The notes under the pieces: model-generated
The model's input: only the letters and a program-made list of their open reading frames with translations
Told to the model about the DNA's origin: nothing
The model's database searches: none
Origin: Catajapyx aquilonaris
Taxonomy: Eukaryota
NCBI GenBank assembly: GCA_000934665.2
Contig: KZ539026.1
Location: forward strand, 1 to 36,056
Direction of reading: 5' to 3'
Length of the DNA: 36,056 bases
In this document: positions 13,299-23,931 of the stretch, one piece after another
Layout: each line of letters starts with the position of its first letter
Numbering within the stretch: position 1 is the stretch's first letter
Made by a program: the position numbers and the translations under genes

Positions 13299-15040
13299 GG
13301 ACCACATTGGGCGTCGAATAAATTCTGGCACACACTGTGAGAATCACTGCGGGCTTAGCCCCCTTTGGAAAGATATGATCCGGCCCTTTCAAAGCGGTGG
13401 CAGTATCTCCTTCGCCCTCTGCCCTGGCCCATTCCTCCTCGTGACATAATCGAGGCCTATTTCCACATCTATCTGATCAGAGGGGGGTATGGGGGTATAT
13501 AGGAAGAAAAAAACTCCCCCCGCGCACGCTCGATTAGGTAAACAAAATAGTAGCTGGCAAGAGCTCTCGGATGGAGATTGGGTTGGCGGGAGACCCTTCA
13601 GTGGGGGCTCTCCAACTGATTATGGAATGCCCCATCTCCGCTACAGGATCCCCGCCCTCCCAAAACCATAAAAAAAAAAAAAGAGTGAGGGCGCCACTTG
13701 AGGCAGAGGATTGTGGCATGATTTACTCACCGAGTGTTGTGGGACTGCCAATCGCATTCGGCTAAAAGCCCTCGTGGGTTTCCCTCACTAAGCCCGGATC
13801 AGGTCTCGAGACACGTGCCCTTCAAGGGTCTTCAAGAGCGCCCCCCCCCCCCCAATCCTCTCCCTAAATTAATGGCGGCTCCGATCTTATCTATAGGAGT
13901 GAGGTCATTTGCTTCACTCCTCATTCATTCTTAATGCCACAAAAAAACCGCACCCTAATACTAACACCAGTTCCATCACATCTCGGCTGGCAATCTCACT
14001 TTTGTGTGACCTACCTTCAACAAAAACCAATGTTCAGAACGGGGCGGGACCAGAGCCAATAACTAGATCTTTCCTCGTCACAAGTCAAACCTTGGTTAGA
14101 GAAGATCCGTTGGCTGGGCTCCCGAGATTTCTCCAATATTTGCATTGTCAATATCCTAGAAGGGTAGGGGGTAAAAGTACAGTTCTTGTCCCGCAGACGC
14201 TCGTGACAGTTTGATCAAAGGGGCCAGATATAAGCAACCGTGGCATGGGCTTGGGGCCCACCCAACCCGCAAGTTGAGTTACGCCCGGCTCGTTCTATTT
14301 GTTCTGTTGATTTTTAAAAGCGCCCAGAATAACATTGGAACGTCTGTTTTAAAAATACACAACCAGGTAGGTAGCCGGCTAATAATTTAAGCAGCTACCG
14401 GCTGAAAATCGGCGAGTAAAAAATGTGCAATTAAAAATTTTAAAGTATCGGCCGCAGTGCTGCCATCTACGCAAACTTCCCCCCAAAATGGCCGCCTATC
14501 CTTGGGGACCGTCGCAATTACCAGCTCTTATCTGGAATGACTGTCACGAACGTCTTTCAATTGCTTCCCTCCAGAACTAGTTTCTAGGGGCGATAAGCAG
14601 GGACCGCCATAAAAATCCGCTCTTTCTCCCTTTTTATGACTAAATGCGGTGAAGCTGTGTGCAGGCTCCGGAGAGCGATCGAGTGATAAAAGCTAGACAG
14701 GGCTTGATTAGTTAAGTCCCCCCCTGAAAAAAAAAAAAGTCGCGGACAAAAATTCCCCGGCGTACAATTCAAATCATTGGCCAATTCTTTTCGTCTAGCT
14801 CTTTTCCGCAAGCCTGGCGAGGGAACATTTATCTCCTTTAGTCGGGAACCCCCCCGCTTTTTGCAATCGGACCTGACGTGCGATTCATCCTCCTTCGTAG
14901 ACCATAAGTGATGGATGAAAAGCATGTTCAACAAACGAGAAAAACGATCCGGGAGACCCCCGAAGTGGGGGGAAGCTATGTCTCACTTAGACACCCTGGG
15001 AGGTTGCACCAAAAATATCAGGCAGTAAATATGTACTCAC

Positions 15041-15067
15041 CAAACTGGATATGTGAAAATGGCTTAC
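15041..15067 (-). other. Candidate recursive splice site (AG|GT ratchet point at 15068/15067) with a 27-nt in-frame RS-exon/microexon (VSHFHISSL)
   Basis: Minus strand: tactaaaattgaaccgttcttctttttctctccccctatag|GTAAGCCATTTTCACATATCCAGTTTG|gtgagtac. Branchpoint-like TACTAAA, ~20-nt pure pyrimidine tract, AG immediately followed by a GTAAG donor, and a second consensus donor 27 nt later. Same strand as the AUTS2-like exon. Confidence 0.6.
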
Positions 15068-15837
15068 CTATAGGGGGAGAGAAAAAGAAGAACGGTTCAA
15101 TTTTAGTAACCAGGCTGGGGTTTTGGGTTGTAATCCAACCAGTGGATTAACAGCGTGGGGTTTGATAGGACAGAAATTAGTGGGGGTAATAACAAGCTCG
15201 GAATTGTTGCATGCCACTAAAGAGCTGTTAATCCCTGGTCGCGATAATAGACGATTACCGGTTGGATCCCCGCCTCTCTCTCTCTTTTTTTTTAGCCCCC
15301 CCAGCGATTCACAGTGATGAAATAACAAGCAAAAGCTTATGAACACTGCAGTGATTTGAAAAAGCCCTAATTATTCATAACACGCTTATTTCGCACGCAA
15401 CATGTGGTAATCATTTGCCTCCCAAATTTAATCCGCCCCGACCCTCCACCCTCCAAAAAAAATATGAAAATGGCGATATTTTATCAAAACCGGCCGAATA
15501 ATAAATAATTTCGCCAGGCGCCAGTTTGCGCGCCGATTAACATCAACCGCCTAACAACCACCTCGCATGCTGCTTCCACGAAACACTTATCATGTAATCC
15601 GACCGCACTATATTTTGCACGCATGCGAAAATAGCAACCCTGATGAACTACACGCCCGTTTAGTCCGTATATCCAACGGGCACGATTTGTTGCCAGGCCG
15701 CGACATGACGGTAGGGATTTCCACCCTGTCCGGCTTCATACATCACCCATCAGGCACACCGCAACCCAGTAATGCCGCTGTTTTTCGCCCAACTCTGCCT
15801 GACTGCATGTGCAAACTGCATTATGTTCAACAACCAG

Positions 15838-16125
15838 TCTGCTAGGTGGCGCTCAGGTACACACAGAGTACTGCCGGATGGAAATTTGGCAATAACCGGT
15901 TTTAGCACCAAATATTTGGCAATTTGTGTAGCACCCTATCTGTATGCCAAGTTTCAGTACTCTCAGTACTCCAGTGGGTTAAATAGCCCGGTGAACCGCC
16001 AGCGCCATCTCTTAGCTACAAGTGTACTCGTATGCATGTCCGCACCAACCGGTCCCTAATTGGCTGACGTCACGAGCATTAGCCGCCTGAATAATGGATA
16101 GCAAGATATGGGGCCCACCTGGCGT
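15838..16125. promoter_or_regulatory. Cluster of CTCF-like motifs with CCAAT+CRE
   Basis: CTGCTAGGTGGCGCTC (+, 15839), CTAAGAGATGGCGCTG (-, 16015-16000), weaker ACGCCAGGTGGGCCC (-, 16125-16111); ATTGGCTGACGTCA at 16059-16072. Confidence 0.35.
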
Positions 16126-16445
16126 GGAGTGAGAATTAGAGCTCCGGGGCGAGACTTTGATCGACAACCCCCCTTGGCCCCCACCTCCTTGAAGCCCCCC
16201 CNTATCTGCCGGCAGCCCCGAGACACGAAGCGCCATCAGCCGCATCGAGATCCCCGGGCCCGGATTACGGAGCCCCCGCCGACGGAATGGAGCTCTAATC
16301 CGCTCGGGGATCAAGCCGGGGTTAATTCCTTCCTCCCGCCAAATGCTCCCCACTGGATCAGGACCCAAATCTCCCAAAGGACAGGGAAGGCTCACTGGGA
16401 GGCTAAGGAGATCTACTGCTTCACTGCTGCGGTATCGCCTCTGGT

Positions 16446-16486
16446 TGCGTCACGGTACTGTCGCGGTGCGTCACGTACTGTCACGG
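16446..16486 (+). repeat. Short tandem duplication (21+20 bp)
   Basis: tgcgtcacggtactgtcgcgg / tgcgtcacg-tactgtcacgg. Confidence 0.75.
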
Positions 16487-18392
16487 CGCGTGACACACCC
16501 CACAAAAAATCGTATCTAGCACACTTTCTTTCTACGTCCTCTCTCCCTCTGGGTCGTAAAACCCGGCCTGGGCTGTTCATTACTGTCCTAAACACTTAGG
16601 CGCGACTCATCATGTTCATAAACACGTCATTTGCTGAACCCGAGGCAGGGCCGGGAGAGGCTCTTTTCGGCGCATAAATGGCCGCGAGGGCTCCGAGATG
16701 ACTCCGGTGTATAGGGTGAGTCATAATTCATCGTCGGGTAGTTGGCGGCTTTACGACACAGTCTTTTTTTTGTTGGGTCGGATCCACAGGGTGCGTGATT
16801 AGGAGTGCTCACAGGGTGTCACACACACTCGTCCAAATGGGATTGCCCGGCTGTAATTTACTGATGCCCACTCGGGCTCAATGTGATTCTCCACCTCTTC
16901 TGATCCCCCGCTTTAATCCCAGGGATCGTTAAAAGTCGGTCCGGGGACAGAAACGTGACACTGTCCCCGCCTCCCGTTCCTTTTAATTGATTTTTACAGG
17001 TGTTCCATTAGCATCAGGTGACAACAAAGATGGCGCTCCGGCCCGCTACAATTTCTATATTTTTAAAAAAAACTTTAGAATGTTTTTGGAGCCTCTAACC
17101 AGAGGGCCATAAATGAAGTTTGCGTTTGTCGTTCAATGGGATTTATTCCGAGAGGCACTGGGTTTGCATAAGTTATGGCGTTTACACATTGCGTTTGTCA
17201 GCTTTTTTGGGGGGGATCCCTCTCGCTATTTTTTAAAAGGGCCCGGGGATGCAAAAGCCTATTACCGGCCTCCAAAATTCGATTCGCGTGATCCCCGGAT
17301 GATTAACAAATGAACAAGATGAAATACATGACGCTATCTGCTGTCCTATGAGATTAGAGAGGCAGGGGATTGGTCCGTTGGGGTCGTGCTCTCATGGTCA
17401 TAATGACATAGGGGCTAATGTCATACCTGCAGTCCCCCCTTTACATCATCAGCGGCCGGCCGCCAAATTGCATTTTTCATCCGCGGGAAATTGCCTCCTC
17501 TCTGGTGCCCTCTTACATTTTTGAACAGCAGGACGCATCGCTGCTTGTTTATACGACAAACCGGGGGCGCGGATGGTGCACCAGGGACTGCGTCTATCTC
17601 ATTACAGGTCCGACTCTAAAAAAAGAGAGAGACCGGTTGGATTTGAATTTACAGCCCATTAATTGGATAACTGACCACATGCTCTATTTTTACGGTCCAC
17701 TTCAGGTGCAAATGGAAATTATTGCACTCTGATCTGCCTATGCAAATCAAATGCCTTGAACTCTACACTATACCCGGATTATTTTTTTCCCCCAGGTTCT
17801 CCCTTTTTCCGGGCATGACTTGGCATCACTGCTTTTCCATTACTCGGCGTCCTCGTTCCCTTGGCAAGCCTGGTTCTGGCTTGGTTGCCAGGAGGCGTCT
17901 TTATGTACCCTGTAAGTGGGATAATTTCCATGCCGTACCATCCGCCGGGGACCGTATCAGCCTGTTTATTGCCCTACTAAAGCGGTGAGTGGTCTTTCAA
18001 GGGGAAGTTATGTCCGTCCTTTTATTACGCTATACGGACCGTTTAGGCTATCCTCCGAGAAAGTTACTGTCTATTCTTTAACTTTTACGATATTACAAAC
18101 CCAACTAAATTTAGGCGAGCAGCCATCAAAGTTGGCTTGTAATTTGATGAGAAACCTTGAATCGGGGCGGTGTTTCCCCTTCTCAAGGCTTCCCCTTTTT
18201 ACTCCCCCTAGACCCAATATTTGGTCAACAAAAGCACCCCCCGGATATTAAACCGGAAAACGGGGCACGTATCACCAAACATTGTCACGGTCAATAACGC
18301 AGGGGTCAACGTGCATGTCGTCGGTAAGAGCACTTAAAAGGGGTCAGGAGTTTGACATGATGTAAAAATGTCATGTGCATAAAAATATGCAA

Positions 18393-18584
18393 GTGCATGA
18401 AATTATGCAGGTGAATAATTTCTGGTGCGTGAAATTATGCAGGTGAATAATTTCTGGTGCATGAAATTATGCAGGTGAATAATTTCTGGTGCATGAAATT
18501 ATGCAGGTGAATAATTTCTGGTGCATGAAATTATGCAGGTGAATAATTTCTGGTGCGTGAAATTATGCAGGTGAATAATTTCTG
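18393..18584 (+). repeat. Minisatellite, 6 x 32 bp GTGCATGAAATTATGCAGGTGAATAATTTCTG
   Basis: Six contiguous units; units 2 and 6 carry one A>G change. Each unit has an internal inverted repeat GAAATTAT/ATAATTTC. Degenerate subunits flank the array at 18375-18392 and 18585-18602. Confidence 0.97.
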
Positions 18585-21114
18585 GTGCCTAAAAATGTGC
18601 AGCTTTCGCTTTTCAACAGCCTTTTTGTCGACTTATGTTTAACGAATTCAGAGCAAGTTTTCGGTGGACACCCAGGGGTTCTTGGGTGATTCGAAGCTTT
18701 ACGCCCTCTCCACAAGAGTCCCCGGGTAGTTGCAATGGAACCCGCAGTTTGCGTGCCCGGAACCGGGCCAAGAAATCAGCCAGGGCAGGTCATCAATTCC
18801 CGGAATCGCGGATATCGGCCGAATCACCGCCGTAAAACGAAACGAGGATGGTTTTTGTCCTGGGGCTGCACGCAGTAAACACGATTACATCTCACAGCTA
18901 AAACACATGGCCCTCCCTAGATAAGGACTACACTTGAATCCCACCCAAAAAAAATCATTTATTAAATTAACATTAACATGCGTGATGAGGTGCGTCGGAT
19001 ATTAATTTCTGCCTTTTCATTATACCCGACACTTCCAGGCACGCATAAAGAAAACGCAATCTACTCCCCGTATCTTGGCACTCTCTTCATTATACGACGG
19101 CGAATAAATGCAATTTCATGGAAATAAAACATTCACGTCCTGCGCTGTGCGCCGGACTACTTTTACGAGTTCATTCCCAGATAATGAAACGGAAATTTCA
19201 TGTTGAATCTAAAAGCGTATACGAGCTGTTGACTTTTCATGCTCCATCTGCGCAACCTTTGGAAAAGCGTAAAAAAAAAGGAGTTCTAACTGCATGCGCG
19301 CACATGACTCAGAAAATTTCTAAAAACCCCGCCCGTAGAAAGGGGGGAAAAAAAAGTTCTTCACCACTCCCCATTCACATGCTAAAATCTTCCCAACCGC
19401 CACTTAACTTGTTTTATCTCTGGGAGCCAACCGCGTCGTAAAACAGATGAAGTGTTGTTAAGAATTATCTCCCCTCGACACCTTATCAAATAATACTGAG
19501 AGGGGGTGCACAAAACCGGAATCACCGTACTTAACCCCCATTCCCCCTCTCCCATCCTTGAACAGTCCCCACCNTTGGGGGGGGGGGGGGGGGGCATCGA
19601 ATGTATATGGCACTTTCTGCAAATAACAGGGTGCACTAATATGCCCATTAGCTATGCAATTGACTCCCGGACTATTCACTGAATACTGCATCGAGCTCCG
19701 TCTCTCCAATGTGATTCGAATGCCGAACAAGCGGCCTGTGGTATAATTGCGCGCCGAATGTCTTTTTATGCTGCATTACAAGGTTATTACCCAGCGGCAT
19801 AAAATACCTAAGAACCGGGGGGCTTATCCTTTGTGTAACTGCGGTTTACGGGCGCGGGTAAACTTATGCCAACAATAAAACCCCCCCTCCCGGCTTGGGA
19901 TTTATATTTACTGGAATCGTAAAGCAAAGGCCTGGGCTGCTGCAATGTGAGAACATAGTTCACAGTTTCATTCCCTCATGGCTCTTGCATGACGGCTGCA
20001 GCAATGGTACGGTACATTAAGGGGGGGTACCTCGAAACACACACACAAAAAACACGGTCATTACATTTTTACAATATTTAGTGTCCTTTCAGAGCGTATA
20101 AAAGAATGCAAACGAGGTATGCCCGGGCTGGTAAAATAATGAATGCACTGTAAAATAATTATTTGCAAAGACTGAACACGGTGGGCTGGATGCGTATGGA
20201 ATTTCAAAGCAAGCGTGCCTACCAGAATGCCAAAAGATATATGCAAAATGTTCGTTTTATGAAAATGCGAGGGGCTATGGTCGGGAGGACTGTCACGTAC
20301 ACATGAATACACAGAGGATACCCCTGAATATTCAGAGCACATGTTTGGCCACTATGTCTTATCAGTGTAGGTGCGCAATGCACAGAGGAATTTGTTGGGG
20401 GTGTCCCAAATAAAATTTTCCCGATTCTCAAAATTCGCTCACTAATTACTATTATCCGGGTATAGGATTTATTCAAACTTACTCCTTACTTTGATATACT
20501 GGTCATAACGGCTAGTAAACCACTTCTGCAATAGACACACAAAAAACAGATGAGAGGGCCTATCATCGCCGGCAGCTTCTGGCAACCCCCATTCGGAAAC
20601 ATTGGACAGCTGTCTCCTCCAATTCCCTTTCCTCTGGCATTGAGCAGATGGATGCACCCCCTCAACCCCTCCCATTTCTCTCCCAGGCCTGTGCGACCTG
20701 ACTCGCAATCAACGGTTGCTAGCGCGACCCCCATCGATAGACTCCACAAAGCCGGTCACCCGCTAGTGAATATTCCGCTAGGGTGCCAGCCCCCCCAGTC
20801 CAAATGGTCGCTTGAATAACTTTGGGCCTCCGTTTTTTTTCAGAGGGACAGCACACAAAAAAAGTGTAGTCTTGGCCCTCCTTGAGCATTCCTCTCATGG
20901 GCTAGCTTCCGGTGGCGCCTCTTGTTGGCTTTGGCCGGCGCCGTCCTTTTTGGCCAGGCAGGCCACGTCCTCCTCGGAAAATACAATCGCGCGGGGCAAA
21001 ACGCATTAGGAGAGCAGCCGCCGCGGACGGCATCTTAACCACCGGGTACACTCGTGGACAAAATCAGGCGGTTTTGCAATTGACTGAGAGATTTAGAGTG
21101 AATTACGTGGACCC

Positions 21115-21184
21115 GGATTGGCTGCAGCTATGGATGCCGGTCTGGGATTGGCTGCAGCCATGGATATCGCCCTGGGGTTGGCTG
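21115..21184 (+). repeat. Degenerate 30-bp tandem repeat carrying GATTGGCT (inverted CCAAT box)
   Basis: ggattggctgcagctatggatgccggtctg / ggattggctgcagccatggatatcgccctg / gggttggctg. Confidence 0.75.
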
Positions 21185-23763
21185 GAGAGAGTGTCAAGCA
21201 AGTAGTTCATTGGTTTGTCCAGGAAATTTGTACTGTCTCTGATTATGTCGTAGGAATACGTCAGATGCCCAAAAACACCTGCTTGCATGCTACACTCACT
21301 GTCAGTCATACAACTTGTATGTAAATCAATGGCCAATTAGCCAAATATTGCAGAAAGACTGGGTTTTTCAGAAAAGTAATAAGAAGTTCTGAATAAAGAT
21401 GAGGGTTTTAATCACCAAGAAACAGGCAGCAGAGAATCAACAGCATGCAGCGGCAAGGAAGTAACATTGCCTGCTGTGACTGCATGAGACTAAAACCATG
21501 ACTTATGCATGACAAAGCCCACATGGCTTTGTGTAGCATTAAATATATTCAGTGACCCAAGTGCTCTCCTCTGATATCATGACATGTCTGGCATTTATTG
21601 GACAGAGATATTTGTCTATACCTCTGACGTTGTAATTTTCATGCCAGCGTATACCTTGTCCTTTTCTTCAGGGTTGCTTGCAGCAGTACCTTGAGTGACC
21701 AGACGGGCAGACTCTATTACACGATGTCTATAATATAAGATACTCGTTTCGTGGATACAGTTTTCCCCAGAAATCATAAAATCGCAAATATGGGCGCGGT
21801 AAGAGCGTCGTCTATGTACTGAAAAATAACACGATGGAAAAGCTGGATATGTGAAAAGATTTTGCAATTAGAGAAACATTAATTTATGCCGTTTCGAGAA
21901 TTTCCGGTGCGGAACTGTAGGTACACCATTGTGCAAAATATGTTTACCAAACTCAGGCCTCACACAGGTATAGGTCCCCCAAACTAATTCAGTCTGTTAA
22001 AAAATTCTGAAAAGGCACTTTGAGCACTTTTATGTTGAGCACATTATTGGTTAATAATTCATATGTGGCGGCAGCGGCGGAAAAGCCCAGGATCCGTAAC
22101 GATATTTGGAGCTATACGTCTGAGCAGCAATTGAGTTATGTTATTCTGCTCCTGTTTTGTTGCTTATTATGCTCCGGCATGGTTTACCCCAGGGCGGACC
22201 AAGTTAAATCTATTTGCACAGCGTCAATTAAATTATAACTTGGAACACCCTGCCCCCCAACAACACTGTACGGCCACGAGTCTAGGACGTGTGCGAAAAA
22301 AAATAATCTATCAGGCCAGATCTTTTCGCATTACCGGTCTCAATTAGAATTACCCCCGTGGCATTCCAGACGCAAGCACAGCATTCCTGCCGCTATACCG
22401 GAATTTGAAACACGTCTCGCGTCTACGGTATGCGCCACGCCCTGAAGTCTACAACACGCACCATGGCCAGGTACAACCTCCTGGTAGCAGTATTTTTAAA
22501 AAATCCAACTATATTTGCCTATAGGGTCCTACATATAGGACACTTGTACTGTTTCCAATTCATTTGCTCGTTTAAAAATATGTTCATATTTTAATTTAAA
22601 AATATATATATATTCAAACACATCTGTGGTTTAATGGCACGTGTCGCCGCCTCTCGGGCCACTTCAACAACCAGCGGCGAATATCAGCATCCTTCTGATC
22701 TTGTGGTGTTTCCCATGAGGAAGAGGGAGTCATGAAAGCTTGCGGGAGCACAGGGTTGTAAAAGGAGGTGTAGTGAGAAGCCTGGTTGCTCCGGCGCCTC
22801 CGCCAAATTACCTCCAGACTGCGCTTCTGCCATTCGGCCCCGCATCATTTCGTGTAAAAGAGCTCTCGGGGACACTGAAAATGTCCGGTGCAGTCCCACG
22901 AACCGCCCCGGAAAAAAGAAAAAAAGCAGAGAAGAAAAGACCTGCAAACACTGCTCGGGCTCTAAATGGCCCGCCGACTATGTCAACCTGCATCCCTGCT
23001 GAGAATTCTGCCGAAAACTAACGCAGTGACCGCATTTTGAACGCATCGCAAGTGAGAGAGTTGCAGCGCCTGGAGCAAATCTGAGAGGGTTATAAGTTAT
23101 GCGATATCCCTAGAGGAAAATGCTGCTCATTTCTGCAGCGGAGAAAGCGTCACCGCATTGGGGGGATATATAAAGGAGGAAGCTTCCCCCTGTTCAAGAC
23201 GCAAAAGTCTTTCTCCGGAGGGGCCCTCCTATCTAAACCTATAAAGCATCTTTAATGGCAACAAGGGGGGTAGTAGGTTATAGTGTGTGCAGCACATAGA
23301 AACCCCCTTCTATGGCACCCCCGCAGCCCTTCCCAAGATGAAGAGGGCTTCCTTCTTCTCTTCCTCCCATTGATATCGACTCCCCCCTTACCTTCCACAA
23401 ATTGAATTCCAACACACTCCTTCCCTCCTCGCTCGCCTTATTAGCACTTTATCACCCTAATATCATCGAACGACGGCGAACGGAGGGGAAATGGGGACCC
23501 GGGCCCGCCAAAATGAAGTTGCGATGAAAAATCTCGTTATTTTAACTCGCTTGAAAGAGGCCCCGGTAATGGCATTAGCTTCAATCGGCACGGCAGAGGA
23601 GGTGGAGGAGGAGGGACCCAATCGGCCCTCCAGCTACGTCGACTCTTGCCAATTCCCATGTTGGCAACACTGATGCAAGCGCACATAACATCGGACTTAT
23701 CTGTGTTCAGAAAGTAGGTCCTGTAAACATTGAATATTCCAAATGCATAAAAATATTTACCAG

Positions 23764-23931
23764 GTGCTTCAGTATACTCACTAGGTGCTTCAGTATACTC
23801 ACTAGGTGCATCAGTATACTCACTAGGTGCATCAGTATACTCACTAGGTGCATCAGTATACTCACTAGGTGCATCAGTATACTCACTAGGTGCATCAGTA
23901 TACTCACTAGGTGCATCAGTATACTCACTAG
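23764..23931 (+). repeat. Minisatellite, 8 x 21 bp GTGC(A/T)TCAGTATACTCACTAG
   Basis: Eight contiguous units (first two GTGCTT, last six GTGCAT) with internal palindrome AGTATACT. It produces the spurious MHLVSIL-repeat ORF. Confidence 0.97.

Noticed and set aside
13731..13761. Minus-strand 31-nt segment with GTGAGT donor
   Set aside because: Weak acceptor, frame-shifting length, no homology.
18123..18143. Minus-strand similarity to miR-2/13 (attacaagccaactttgatgg)
   Set aside because: Seed mismatches and no pre-miRNA-length hairpin.
18393..18584. CRISPR-like 32-bp palindromic repeats
   Set aside because: Units are head-to-tail with no spacers; no cas genes; eukaryotic context.
19574..19594. 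Long G homopolymers next to N bases as G4 elements (also 26874-26893)
   Set aside because: Adjacent to ambiguous bases or the gap; run lengths are unreliable.
19946..19978. Su(H) paired site (TGTGAGAA-N17-TTCCCTCA)
   Set aside because: Second half-site mismatches the core.
21843..21857. 15-mer CTGGATATGTGAAAA shared with the RS-exon (15045-15059)
   Set aside because: One 15-mer repeat is near chance expectation in 36 kb and the match does not extend.
22621..22680. tRNA/SINE A-box-like TGTGGTTTAATGG
   Set aside because: No B box or cloverleaf follows.
23266..23285. let-7-like GGTAGTAGGTT-ATAGT
   Set aside because: Seed is GGGGTAG rather than GAGGTAG, there is a 2-nt deletion, and no proper precursor hairpin forms.
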